Positions 25,001 through 38,372 of a stretch of DNA of 64,000 nt are shown in pieces (position 1 is the first letter of the stretch; each line of letters starts with the position of its first letter). This DNA comes from Raillietiella orientalis (Eukaryota): NCBI GenBank assembly GCA_036172245.1, contig JAYWIR010000007.1:3596001-3660000 (forward strand). Reading direction: 5' to 3'. The position numbers and the translations under genes were made by a program. The notes under the pieces are model-generated. The model ran no database searches. It worked only from the letters and a program-made list of their open reading frames with translations, and was not told where the DNA came from.

Positions 25001-28000
25001 CGATCCCCTCACCGTCTAGAGTCCGTCGCGGCGAGTGCCGCTCTCCCGGCGCGAGCGAGTTCCCTGCACTCCCCGCCTTACCGACCGCGTTGTCCAGGAA
25101 GGACTCTTGGACAAGCGCTGCCGCCCGGCACCCGCGAGTTCGTTGGCACCTTCGGGAAGGGAGGAAAGAGGCGTCAGGCACTTGCAGGACCGTCCAAGGC
25201 ATGTCGTGTACAATCCATGCACGCCACGTACACTTTGCCCTCTCCCAAGTGCCGCCGCGGCTCCAGCGCGAACGGCGGAGTTTCCGCGCACTCGAAGGGG
25301 GCCGATGGTTTCTCAAGCTCGCTAGCTCCCGGGGTCGATAGCCCTCCGCACCTTCCGGAACTTGCCCTCGACCCTCCTCACGATCCGTTCTCCTCGTAGT
25401 TCCCGAGGAACCCAGGAACGTCACCGTGCTGGACGTGACCAGCTCCAGCGTTCTCCTGCGCTGGACGGAGCCCCTGCACTCCAACGGGGTCATCCTGGGC
25501 TACAGGGTGCGCTACACGCACGGCAACCACACAGACATCCTGACGGTGAAGCCGCCCACCCGAGCCACGCTCTCCGGATTACGTAAGTTCCCTCCTCATC
25601 CCTGTCCATCCGTTCGGGGCGGATCGCCAGGCGACATGGGGAATATGCTGTGCATAAATTTCGATAAAGGGGCCCGTAATTGTTGGCTTCCCGTGGGGGA
25701 AGCTCGTTGCGGGGCTGCCGCCGTAATCCCCGCTCCCCAGACTTCCTTGCGACGCCTCCGGACCGAGTGGGGAAATCGCCCCTTGCGCCCCTTCGATCCG
25801 TGGCGTCCCCATTCCGCGCGTGCGTGCCTTTTCTCTTCCTCCTTCCCATTGTTTTCCTCCCGGAAGAAGGGAACAATGAAGAGCCACCACCGCTCCTCCG
25901 GCGTCACCGGCGGCGCACGCTGAAGAGGAGGCGCGTGCGCATGTTTCGCGTATCCCTGCGCCATCTCGCAAGGGGCGGGCGCTCTCAACGATGTCTCTCC
26001 CCGATGCCGTTTCCTGCAGGGCTCGTTCCTCCGCACCATGCACACGGGCAGTATCGTGGCCGCTGAACGAAAGGGAGGCGCGATTATTGATAGTTGAAAA
26101 CGCACCTTTCTTTCTTTCTCGAGGGATGGGGGAGAGGAGGAAGGAGGATGCCGGGAACGTTTGCGGGGACAAACGACACGATCGGGCTGCCACGGATAAC
26201 GGCGGCCACCACCTCACGGAACCATCCTCCTGGGGCGTGCCTTCCGGCCGCGGACCGGCGGAGACTCGCGTGGGGCCCGTTGTGTCCGTGGCGCCCTCCT
26301 GCTGCGTGGATGCTGGTGTCGCCCTCGTCTCGAGACTCTCCGCATCCTCTCCGAGCGCGCTTCTCTCTCCCTTGCGCGTGGTGCGCTGGCGCCTCGAAGG
26401 AGAAAAAAAAAGTGGTCAGAGGTCTCGCCGCTTTCTTCTGGGGGGTCCGAAGGAAGCGTTCCGTCTCCATCCTGGAAGCAACTGGCAAGGAAGGAGGCTA
26501 CTCCCGAGCTCGAAAAGTCGACGATTCGCCAGCTCGGAGAGAGCCAGCAGCGGCGTTCGAGCTAGTAGCACCTGGAATTGTCTTTGGACGGTGCCAGGTC
26601 TCCTATCCAAGAGAGAGAGGGGGTGGGGGGGCGAGCTAAGGTCTTTCTTCCGAGAGATACCACACGCGCCACGAAAATATCACCGGCCAGCTGCGATTCC
26701 GGACATCTAGCGGCTGGATCCGAAATCGAACTCAGTCCTCAGTCTGCGGACAGCAACAAGTGCTCGAAAAGCGGGGTAGTTCGAAAAGCTTTGGGAGCAC
26801 GGGGGAACACGTTTCCTGGAAGAAGCATCGATCTAGAGCCGAAGCCGCGATCGTGGTGCGTTTCAGGAACCTGTCAGTACACTCTGGATAGCCGTCGAGA
26901 TTCCCCGACCTGCAACACCACAGAGACAGTTGCTCACATCCAGGATCGGCAGTCGGCAGCGCTAAGAAAGAGAAGAGCTGTCTGGTCAACTGATGTTCCT
27001 CCTTTGACGAGAATAGGATTACGCGGGTCGGGTCTCTTCCAGAAGAGCGACAAGGGATTAACATCTGTTGTGGCACGCATGACAGGGGAGGATCAAAGCG
27101 TTCCGTGCCGCCCAAGAATCAGCGAAAGGCTCGGAAGGGGAAAATTAATCTGAGGAGCCGGGGATGGCGCTTTGAGATGAGTGCTCTCGGAGAGCAAGGG
27201 GGGGGGGATGGTACAGCTGACAGCAGGAAAGACAGTGGCAAGGGGAACGGGAAAAATGGCGGCCAGTTGCACGTCGCTCGCGCTGCGACCGATAAGAGCA
27301 AGCGCACTGCCGTCTCTGGTGCCGGGATCCCCGGATCGTTACGACAAAGGCCGGGGAGACCCCTAGGTTTTGGGGGAAGAATAGAGACCCCGGAAAAATC
27401 CGAGAAAGGAGAAAAGAGTGCGAGGAGGCGGAGCGTGAAAAACCCAGTGTGGTGTTTGACACGCGTTGGAGGATGCTTGGAGACAGATAGCCCGGCGGCC
27501 TTCACCCTGAATAGATGCTAATTAGTGGGAATAGCCAGGAAAGAGGATGAGAGAGAGAGAGAGAGGTATGGCCGATCAAGAAGAAATTGGCTGCAGCAGA
27601 ATTAATAAACGCCGTGCCGCTTACGAGTGGCTTTGAAAGCGGGCGCGGTGCGAGTCAAAAGATCCAAGAGCGCTCACCCGAGAGAAATTCTGAGAGAATT
27701 TTCCGGAAGGTTCGAAAGGGGGGACAATGGATCGCATTATTCTCTGGAGGAAAAACGGAGCGGGAATTCCCGTGACTGAATGAGGCGACGAAGGTTCCAT
27801 CATCCAGCGATCGTTTCCGCGGACGCCGCTGGGGGAGAAGAAAATCGAAAATCGAACGCCCTTATCGGCTGGCCGAAGAGATGCTCGTCGTGGGAGAACC
27901 TTTTTTTCTTTGGTTTTCTTCTTCGGATGAAAGGGAAGCTGCTGGGTGTGTCGACCGATGAAAAATGAGGTTGCCTGCCGGAGCGAGCCCCCTGTAGGAG

Positions 28001-31000
28001 GACACCGCTGCAGTTGTTCCACTCGGAGAACCTGGAGTAGGCAGGCACGAAGTACACAGGACTCATTTCTGTGGCAGCTGGCTCACCTAGGCGCGCCTTC
28101 CGGCTAGCGAGGAAGGAAATCCCCGCGAAGACTCGAATCTCCGGTTGCAGAGAAGATCAAGGTGATCCAAGGTCGCTTCAGAAAGTTTGGACAGCGACCG
28201 CAGCTCCACAGTACGAACGAGGACGGTAGCGAAAGACCTAGAAGAACACGGCGATCTCGAGGTGCAGCTGCTGCTCTTGGAGTCTTCGAAGCACGAAATT
28301 CCTAAGGAGAACTGGTTCCAGAAGGTCCCTGGAAGAACCTCCATTCCTTCGATGCGACAAGGTCCAGGGTTAGCTCAAGAGATGCTCTCGTTCGTCTCGA
28401 AGCGTCCCAGTCCCGGAAGGTCATGTTAGTTCTTCAGTTGGCTTAATACGGAAGGTGATTTCCAGAAGGAACGGGACGCTCCCATGCCACCAACATTCTC
28501 CTGGGAGACGCTCGCTGAGTTGGAAGAAAGGAATGCGCGAAATTCCTTTCGAAGGGGGTGTTGCGCTTCCGCGATCTCGACTGTGGCGGTTCCGGTACAC
28601 AGCCCCTTCGGCGGGATGAGTTTCGGATGCAGACTTTCACTGCTCGCCGCAGCTGCTGGAGGGGCCGCAACGTCTCCCAGCACCTCCTGAATGCTCGCCA
28701 AAGTTGTCCCTCGCGAATTCTGCACAGGGAGTTCGAGGCTCTCGGTCCTTGTTGCTTACTCACGTACGTGAGCATCCGACAAATGATGCGTGGATGCTGT
28801 CGGATGTCAAGACCCAATCAGGGTGAAATGTCAAGCTCAATTTTCTGGGGAGAGGAAGAGAGGAAAAATCCTCCAAGAAGTTGAGGCTCTCTGAGTGTCC
28901 CCCCCCCTCCCCGTGCTCGCAACCATGGCTGACGCTTTGGAAACTCATCAGAAAGAGGATCCCTTCCTTGACGGGCGTGACGTCATTTTCTTTTGAATGC
29001 CGTTGCCCAAAGAGGGAATGATTTCATTTCGATCTCCATGTTGACTGCGGTGCAGCACTTCTGTACGTCCTCAGAGAGTTATCCGGTGATCGATCCGCGC
29101 CTTTGATGATGAGGGAATCAAACATGGAGCTCAGGTTGTTCCAGGATTCGAGAGTTCATTCTCTTCTGTGCCCTCCAAGCCCCAAGCAAGCAGAACAATG
29201 CGCTGCGCTTTTTTCTTTTGACCTGGGAGCAATCCACGTCATTCCAGAGTCTTCCACGATGCTGCACAAAAGTTGAAGGCTTTGTGCGTGGTGCTCTCGA
29301 AGAGGAGAAAGGAAAAGCAAGAAATATATCAATAAATAGAGGAAGGACGTTGCAGAAGCAACTCAGAGAGAGAGGATGGTACTCCCTGGCTTCATTTTCC
29401 CCATCGGATTTGTGTGTCTTTGTGTGTCTCTGCATTCTTTTGTTTGCAACTCATTCACCGCGCTTCTTCACGACCTCATCCGACCGGGAATCCTTTTCCT
29501 TCCACGCACGCCTCCGGTTGATCTGCAAGTGTACTAGCTGTGGCGTGTTCCTCCGTTGCTATTTCTTCGAAGATGCTCCTTGGAAAGACTTGGCCAGCTC
29601 TCTGTGGTCGGCTGCCGGAAGGATCGATCTCGAAAAACGATTACCCTCGCCGATTTCTTGTCCATCCTACAGGAGAAAGGTTTCTGCTGGTTTCTGCTGC
29701 AGAGGGCAGACGCGGGTGACCAAGCACAGCCGTCGCACCTTTCCGGGCTGTCGCCGCACCCTTTTTACCGATCCTTTCGCGTGCCAATCTGGCGAGTCCT
29801 CTCGCGTCCTTCAACAGAATCATCCGCCCCACCCGCTTTTCCTCCCCTTCCCGTGGGTGGTGGGGTATCAAGGGAAGCAAGGAGGAGCAAAGAGGAGACT
29901 TCACAGGAGTCGACTTCTTCAAAAAACACCGTTCCTCGACCAGATGTCTTCTAATATCCATTTATGACGTACTTTCAGAACCTTTCACAGTTTATCGCGT
30001 TTCCATAGCAGCCTTCACCTGGAAGCACGAGGGAGAGACTTCGAAACCGATTGCGCTGCAAACGGACGTCGCCTATCCCGGGGTCCCCATCGTGGAAGAG
30101 ATATCCTGCAACTCCTCCACCTCTTTCCACGTGAAGTGGGCAGATCCCGACGGATACAACGGCAACATCGATAAATACTACATAAGATTCCTCCAGGAAG
30201 ACTCCGAGAACTGGCAGGAAGAAATGTTTTTGGTGGATGACCCGAAAGACAACCACGAGGTAAGAGCTTCCTAGTGCATCCTTACGCTGCCTCGATGCCT
30301 ACGTGACGTCACGCGTGCTGTTTCGGAGGCGACCTCTGTCTCCTGGAGGGGCCGAAGGTCGCCAGGACGCGTCGGCAGCGCCGCCAACGGGGGTTCCTGG
30401 ACTTCCCGTCTTTCATGGGAATAAGGGGAGGAGGCGCTGGTCTAGACCCACGATCCGCATCCCTCGTCAGTCACTGCCGGTAGACCTCTTCCCCATCTCC
30501 TTCCCAGTTGACGCCGTTGGTCCCAGTCCTCTATCCGCGGATGGATGCTGGCCCCAGTCGAGGCATTGGGGAGTTCATCTGTCGGTTCCTTCGCGGTCCT
30601 CCACTCCCCTTCCACCTGATATCACCACCTCTGCTGCTGCCGCCGCTGATGATGGTTTCACGGGATCCCCTCTCTTCCCGCAGGTCGTCATCGCCAATCT
30701 GACGGCGGAGAGCTCCTACCTCGTCAAGCTGCAAGCGGCGGTCCGGAGCGTCGTCAATAGCAGCCACGTGTACCGAGGGATGTTCACTGAGGAGAGGAGG
30801 GTCTTCGTGGACCGGGGCTGCTCCAGCGCCTACAGAGGCGGCAGCGGAGGCGACAGCCGGTTACCCGGGGAGGACGGGTTCGCGGAAGTGCGCGTCGCCA
30901 TCCTGGCGGGGGCTTCCTGCTCGTTCGCGCTGCTCCTGATCATAGCAGCCATCATCATCATCTGCAGGCAGGTAGAGGGAGGACTCCTCCCGGGCGCTCG

Positions 31001-34000
31001 CGTTGCCCGGGGTTCTCCTGCCTCTTCCCCCCTCCGATCTCACTTTGCCGGGTGCCTCCTCTGCAGGAAGTGCGCCTGGAAGAGCTACTACTCCTTCAAG
31101 GACTCCTCCAACCTGCTCTCCTCTACCCCCGGCTGGATGGACGCCAAGGACTCGGTGACGTCGGTGCCTTCCTTCTTGTTCCCGGCGCACGTCGCCCACC
31201 TTCACGCTGATGGGAACATGGGGTTCGCGAAGGAGTTCGCCAACCTCCAGCTGCTGTCCCCGAGCGGCAGCTTCTCGTCCAACTTCGCTCAGACCCCGGA
31301 GAACAAGAACAAGAACAGATACACCAACATCATTGCATGTAAGAACGCCGAGGGCATCCTGTGCTTTAAGACGGGCGGGGATGGGGGGAGGGGAGGGGAA
31401 ACGAGCGAGCAGAACGCAGTCCTCCCCCACGCTCCGGCCGCATCTGGGCCCGCGGGACACGGAGAGGGAGGTCGGCTTCGGAAGAAGGCAGCGCGGACGG
31501 GCCGGCGGCAGGTCGAGTAGCGAGGGTTCCTTCCTCTTGCCCACTGACGGGTTCCGGGAGGGATGCAGCGTCGAACCAGGGGAGGAAGGACGGACTCGGC
31601 GATGCGCTCCCGACGAAGGACGCCGCGACTGGCGCGGTGCTCGCTGAGCAAGGGCTGGGCGGAGTAGGCCGGCCCTTTTCCTGCTCCGGCTTCATGGGAG
31701 TTCGGGTGAGACGGCGCGACCTATCGGAGACCCTCCGGTGGGGCAGCAAGGAGCATGTTAGGGCGGAGGCGGGTCGACGGAGGGGGCAGCCACTCCCAAC
31801 GGTGAGGGGGACGCGTGGGGGTATTCGGGCCCTGCGGGCCGATCCACGCGTTCTCTCGAAGGGTAGGGAAAGGAGCAGGGCGAGGAGGCAGCGTCCCTGG
31901 CTGCGAAGACGCAAAGCTTCTCTGCAAGCGGCTTCTCTTCTCCTCTCTCCTGCCTCTCCTCCTTTCGGCGGCGGCGGGAATGCCTCCGCAGCCGTCGCTC
32001 AGCGCCCCGCCGGGGGCGGTCCGTCTCCCTTGGCTGCGCAGGAGGTGAACGTGCGGACCACGCAGGAGACTGAAGGAGAGACGCTAGCGTGAAGGTGCGC
32101 AGTGGGGGACGGGAGGGCTAACTGAGCGGGAACTCCACTCCTCTCCCCCCCCCAAATAGTGGGCGTGCGTCTGGAGGACTCGCGCGCAAAAACTCGTGGG
32201 CGCGTCTATCGGGGATTGGGGTGGGGGGGGAGATCTCCCTGATTGCGCTGACCTGCGGGTATGTCTTGCTGAACCGAAGAGGACGCGCCACCTTGCACGG
32301 CTGCCCTTCCTCTCTCCTCCTCTTCCCGATTCTCCCTTTACAGGGATTCCTCTTTGAAAGGGACTCTTCGTTTTCTAGATGACCACACGAGGGTTCTCCT
32401 GGAGCCCGACAACTCCAAGAGCAGCTTCACCGATTACATCAATGCCAACTTCATCGACGGCTTCATGCACCCCAAGGCATACATCGCCACGCAGGGGCCG
32501 CTGACTTCCACCATGGAGTCCTTCTGGAAGATGGTCTGGGACTACGAGGTGGAGGTGATCATCATGATTACCAACCTCATCGAGAACGGGAGGGTGAGTT
32601 CTGGGCCGTTTCCTGCTCTGGGACCCCCGCAGAGCGCCAACTCTTGTGCCGCCGAGGAGCCATCCAAACGGGGAGACGCGCTCATCCTCTCACGTCGGAT
32701 GGGAACCCTTCCTTCGCCCATCCACCTCCAATACCTCCGTCTTCCCTCTTGGAGCGCTCTCGTCGCCACGTACCGGGTTAGCCCGGAGGGGCGAGTTCCC
32801 CACAGTCCTTCCCGGACCGTTGGCGCGGCCGTCCACTCGTCCTGCTCATTCCTCCTGGTGTTCCCCAAGGAGTGAGTGCTCTCCCGGCGTGCGTTCTGCG
32901 GCTGACCTGCGGCCTGGAGAGTCTCCTTCGTCCTGCCTCGCCTGACCTCTTGGCAGCCGGCGCGCGTGGAGGGCGAGTCGGGGGGAAGAGGGCGCGTTCC
33001 TCGGACGGGTCCCTCCCGGAGAGCCATAAATCGCAGAGACGTCCTCCCTCCTCTCGCGATGGCGCGCGGGCGCTTTATTGAATTCCCCCCTCCCCATATT
33101 TTCTCGCCCTGTCGATCGTTCCACTGGGCGCTTTCGCTTCTCCTCCTCCCTCCCCTTCCCGCGAGGAGAGGAAAAGAGTCTCCCTGCTCCAGGTCTCTCC
33201 CTTCTCCCGGCCTCAGTCGCCGCCTCGCCGGCGACGACGCGCCCCTGTAACGGTGAGGGCAGGGCGGCCGCGAACCGCAGTTTCCGCCAGATGACGCGCC
33301 CGTCGCCTTCCCGAGGGGAACGCCGCCGCGCCTCCTCACCAGCACACGCACGCTGGGAGGGAACTTCTTCCGGGTCGCTGGCAGGGGGAGTCCCTGGAAG
33401 GATCCCCTGGAGCGGGGCGAGGTGTTCCCTTCCAGTCCCCTTTTCCTCCCCCTCCTCGTAGCGCGCGGAAGGATCGGACCGTCCAGAGCAGAACCCACTG
33501 CGAGGGAAGAAGATGGACCAGAGGACGCGGCTCTCTTTCGAACGATCGATGGCGCCCCCTTGGATACGGGGTCACTCCCAGGAACGTCGGAGTAGGAGGG
33601 AGGGGAAAGGAAAAAAAAAGTCGAAAGGAAGGAGTCCAGGAAGCGCGCTGTCCGGTGGCGTCACCCAAGAGGTCGTGTCGGCGAGAGCCACCGCGCGTTG
33701 TGCGGCCGGGCGCATCCGGTCAAGCCTCACGGAGGCATCCGCGCGAAACCCAGTAGGGGTGGGCCGGGGTGAGGAGCAAGACAGCTTACCTTCCCCGCAT
33801 CCTCCGTCGCCATGCCGACTGCCGTTTCCCTATGAGTGGGCGCGGGCGCTTGGTGGAAGGTCCCTCCTACCCGGTTGCGGGAGCGAATCACGCGAACCTT
33901 CCCCCTTCGCCTGGTGTTCCGGAGACGGGAAGGGGGAGCTCAGAGGAGGTGGCAGTTCTTCCTCCATCCACGAAGGCTGCCGCCGCGACGCCTCTCGCTC

Positions 34001-37000
34001 GGTCTTGAGCGCTCGCCTGGAAACTGGAGTTTCTCCTCGTGCTGCTCAGCTGCCCACGCTGAACAGTCCGCTCTCTTGCAGAAGAAGTGCGACATGTACT
34101 GGCCGTCGGACGGCTGCGAAGAGTATGGCGCCGTGAAGGTCAAGCTGCTGAAAGAAGTCGAACTGGCGACATACACCGTCCGGGAGTTTCAGATATGCCG
34201 GAAGAAGGTGAGGACAGCAGCTCTCTTCCCATCTTCCTCCTTTCTTCCACCTCCTTCTCTTCGTTTCCTCCTCTTCCTCTACCCTTTCTCCTCCTCCTCT
34301 TTCGCCTCTCGCCACCCGACGAATCCTCCCCGCCGCGAGCGTTCAGTGAACCGGCTCTTCCAGAAAATCGTTCGGAAGAACGGCCGGGCGAACCAGAAGG
34401 TGGTTCAGTTCCACTTTACGAACTGGCCCGACCACGGCATTCCTGACCACACGCTGCCCATCCTCAACTTCGTGAGGCTGTCCTCCTCCCGGCGGCAGAG
34501 TAGGTGCTCCCCCATCGTGGTACACTGCAGGTGGGTAGGGGGAGGAGGGAGACTCGCGCAGACGGGACCCGCCCCTCTCCTGTCCGCAGCGCCGGCGTCG
34601 GCAGGACGGGCACGTACGTCGTCCTGGACACGATGCTCCGGCAGGCCGCCTCGGAGAACCGGTTGAACGTCGTGTCCTACCTGCAACACATCCGGACGCA
34701 GCGGAACTTCCTGGTGCAGACAGAAGAGCAGTACGTCTTCATACACGACGTCCTGCTGGAGGCGCTGCTGAGCGGCGACACCCACGTCCGTGCGGAAGAC
34801 CTGTCCGCATACATCCGCAGCCTTCAGGGCATCGAGTGCAATGAGACCGGGTTCGCCGACTGCACCCGCCTGGAGGAGCAGTACAAGGTGAGCACCTCGC
34901 AGCCCCCTCCTTTCCATCCCTTCCTCCCGGACAGCTGGTGACCAGCTGGGACAAAGGCGCCCGCGAGTTCGAGGAGGCCGGCAAGCCGTTCAACGTGGCC
35001 AAGAACAGGCGCATGGATCTTTTGCCGGTGGACAGCTACCGGGTGCACCTGAACGGAAAGCCCGGCATCCAAGGGAGCACCTACATCAACGCTTCCTGGT
35101 TCCCAGGTAAGGGAGACCCCCTCTCCCGCTCTCCTCTCCCGTCTTCCCTTGCCGCCGCTATCTCTCACGCGCCATCTTTCTCTTCGTGCGCGTCTGAGCC
35201 TCTTCCCGAGCCCGACTTCTGATGGTTCCCGGAAGGGGAAGGAGGCGTTCTTCTCGCGCAGACCTGCACACCCTGCTCCTCTTTCCCTCCTTTTTTTCCC
35301 ACTCCGGGTACTCGTACTCAGACGTTGGATGGTGGTGGTGGGAGGGAGGAGGGAAGGGGATGGAACGTGGCAGTGAGGGAGGAGACTATGCCGCGTCCCT
35401 GCGCGTCAGCGTTCCCGGCGCGAGATGCGCGCCTCCCTCGCTGGAGCGCAGCTCTTCTGGAGAGACGGAGGGACGTCGCGGGCTGCGTTCCGTCCGCGTA
35501 TGTCCATTCCAGAAACAGGTCGAGAGGTGTGGGGGAGGGGAGGTCGATCCCAGAGGCGTCCCCGTCGGGGCGGGGTCGGCCAAAAGAGGAGAGCCTGTGA
35601 AGAAAACGAAGATCCCTGGGGCAGGCTGCGGGAGAAAAGTGGATGCATGACTCCCGAGGAACTCCCGAAGCCGGTGGGAAGTGGTCGACGGTGACCTTCC
35701 TACCGGGACGACCTTGAGCGGCGAGCGGTGCTGCGGATCGCCGCCCACGGCCGTCCCTCGGGAAAGGGGCAGCCACTGCGGTGGTGGAGGAAGACCAGGA
35801 AGCGTGGCGCACCCTCCGAGAGGAACCATCTGACACCAGGGAAGGCTCAGGGATGCGCATGAAGAGGGAGCGGATGTTCCCATTGCTCCCAGGAGGTCAA
35901 GTCGTCGAAAAGCGCACGCTGGCGGCAATCCTTGGGGAGTCACACGAGGACTTCCCCCCCAGTCATTCCTGGAATCGTGCGCTTCCACCTTCTGTTCCTC
36001 CCTCTCTTGAGATTCCCCCACCAGAGGAATTCCCATGGGTCTTTCCTCCCCACCTCCGCCCCACCCTCTGGGGATTCCCTTCGGGAGTGTTGGCCTAGCG
36101 ACCGTTGGTCCTCTTCGCTTTCCCTCCTTCCGGATCTCCACCTCCTACGTCTCGTTGAGATCGCCGGTCTGCGAAGGTAGGGAGATGCTCCCTACTACCT
36201 CGTAGGAAGGAGAAGTCCGAAAAGCAAACCCTCCGCGAGTAGGGATCTCCAGCAGCAGCCCTGCACAGAACCGCCGCCATTTCGGAGCTTCAACCGTGCG
36301 CGTGAGGGAGCGCGGTTGCTACGACAACGGGAATCGGTTCCCCTCAGAGCCCTTTCATCCGAGAGGCGAGGCGACCGGGAGATTCCCACTTCCGCTTCCC
36401 GGGAGGAGTCGGAAAAGGGAGGGAGAGGACCTCCGCCGGTCTGACAACGTGTGGATGGAGGATCTCAGCAGCCGTTGAAGCTTCCCGACGCCCGGGTAAG
36501 CGAGGGCACCAGGGGTTCAACTCGAAGGCACCGGGGTCCTTGCGGGAGTCGAAGGATCCTCGGATCATAGTCTCATAGGGACAGGCGGTTTCGACTCGGG
36601 AAAAAATCTTAAGGGTTACAGAGGGGGGGGGGGGGGGGGGAGGAAGGGGAAGGGGAGGAGACAGTCAGAAGGGACTTTTTACCGGTAGAGGGGAGAGGGA
36701 CTCCTCTGTTGGGAGAGCGACCGAAGGAAAGGCCATGCTACATCGCGCCCTCCTGGAGGAGGTTAGCTGAGCCTGCTGAGTCAGGGATCGCCCTTTCGCC
36801 GATATTCCTAGAACACCAGGAAGCCTGGGGAGGAGGATGCCGATGGGAATCGCTCCCCTTCCCGGAAAAAACCCCCCGTACCTCCTTTTTCCCCTCTGAT
36901 TCTCCAACTCAACAACTCACGTTCGATCCACGGGAACGGGGCGCTGGGTCGGTCAGAGGATGGAAGAGCTGAGGGAAATGGGATGAATGGAGTAGGTCCG

Positions 37001-38372
37001 ACCCCATCTTTCCGAGGGAGACCCGACCCACGGAAAGCATGGCGCCGGCATGGGTATTCCTACCGCAGATCGTGTCGGCCGCGCGCCGCCATCCGCTCTT
37101 CGCGCTATCAAAGGGTCTCTCGTGCGCCCGCGACGTCTTTCGTCCGCTGGTCTCCGGGGTCCGGGTGGGGTCTCAGATGTCTCCGTTCCTCATCCCAAAC
37201 AAATCTGCCTTCTTCTTCCTCCTACTCTTGTCCCTGTCATGCGCGCCTTCCTGCGTTCCCAGACGGAAGTCCCTTCGGGAAAGCGGTCAGTTTATCCCTG
37301 GGTCAGGGCATTCTGAGTCCCCGCTCTCTTCCCTGCGACCATCCTCTTTTCCTCAGGCTACCAGAAGATGAAGGAGTTCATCGTGACGCAGCATCCGCTG
37401 CCGAGCACCATCCTGGACTTCTGGCAGATGGTCTTCGACAACAGCGTGCAGGCGATCGTGCTGGTGGCAGAGGCGGTCAGCAACGTGAGCTGCTTGACCT
37501 TTTCCCCACGAACGTCCCCTGACCCTCTTTCTCTCTGGGGACCCGGTAGGAGTTTCCCGTCTTCTGGCCCCAGAAGCACCGCCCCATCTGCTGCGGAGAC
37601 TTCTCGATCCACTGCGTGGAGGACGGCGAGGCCTCCCCGGGCCACTTCTCGAAGGAGTTCCTGGTGCAGTCCGTCAAGGAGGACCACGAGTTTTCCGTGC
37701 GGCTGACGTGGGTGGGCGCCACCGAACCCAAGGCGGCGCGCCTCCGATCGGCGGCCGAGATCGCGTTCGCCACCCGGCGCTCCCGCGGCGACTACCAGAA
37801 CGGGCCTACCGTCGTCGTGGACAGGTTCGTGGGCGCACCCTCCCCGTTCGCTGGACCGACTGCCTGCTCCCCAGGTTCGGCGGCGAGGAAGCGGCGGCCT
37901 ACGCCTGCCTCTCGACCCTGGCCAGGCAGCTGGACGCCGAGGGCGCAGTCAACGTGTACTCCTGCGCCAAGCTGTACCACCTTCGCAGGCCCGGGATCTG
38001 GTCTTCCATCGTACGTACCCTCGGGGGCTCTCGCGGGGCGGCACTCTTGACCCAACTTCGGTCTCCTCTGAGCAGGAGGACTACCTCTTCCTGTACGCCA
38101 CGGCAAGGTCCCTGTCGTCGGCGCCGGAGAAGGCGTCCCTCCTTCCCTTGCGACCCAGCAGGAACGGGTACGTCCGTGCCAGCAGATGCGACGACAACGT
38201 GTTCGTCGATTCCGCGGGCGGAGACCCCTTCGACGACGGCCGCCCCCCGAGCGACTTCTTCCCGGTGGACGCGCGCGTCGCCGCGGCGTGGCAGGCCGAA
38301 GGGGGAGGCGGCGGCGGAAAGTTCTCCCGCATCCCCCCCGAGGGCAGGGAATCCTACCTGCCGGTCGCCTGA
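13040..38372 (+). CDS. Ptp99A: Receptor-type tyrosine-protein phosphatase, Ptp99A-like (signal peptide, Ig, 4x FN3, TM, PTP D1, PTP D2), 19 exons, ~1286 aa
   Basis: Exons: 13040-13079, 16557-16934, 22367-22490, 23335-23516, 23570-23757, 24603-24717, 25400-25582, 29979-30259, 30684-30967, 31067-31338, 32379-32593, 34082-34207, 34364-34530, 34590-34887, 34935-35106, 37357-37484, 37550-37824, 37875-38010, 38076-38372. Total 3861 nt with all phases consistent. Signal MAIPVLLLAAVVHGVPA; Ig motif DAGLYSC; TM VAILAGASCSFALLLIIAAIIIIC; D1 motifs KNRY, DYINAN, YIATQGP, WPDHG, VHCSAGVGRTG, QTEEQY; D2 DYQNGPTVVVDRFGG, which I recall as typical of Ptp99A. Confidence 0.92.
13490..14075. repeat. 41-bp tandem repeat array (minisatellite), ~13-14 copies, in intron 1 of the phosphatase
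   Basis: Unit TTGC(GCTT/TCTG)CATTGTTGCGAACCGGTTTTTCGCGCC(TTTTCT/ATTGCT). Two interleaved subtypes, degenerate at both ends. Confidence 0.95.
15650..15945 (-). repeat. Long inverted repeat, right arm
   Basis: Reverse complement of 12200-12484 with scattered substitutions and a microsatellite difference (ATC run versus GAG run). Confidence 0.9.
26780..27150 (+). mobile_element. Possible decayed 3' fragment of a non-LTR retrotransposon, in phosphatase intron 7
   Basis: Translation RRDSPTCNTTETVAHI...ALRKRRAVW resembles the C-terminal Cx2C...ETxxH zinc knuckle of LINE ORF2 proteins; highly degenerate. Confidence 0.25.

Noticed and set aside
36181..36250. GGAGA..TCCCTACT / AGTAGGGA.TCTCC stem
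   Set aside because: Only about 13 bp with a bulge and a large loop, which is expected by chance.
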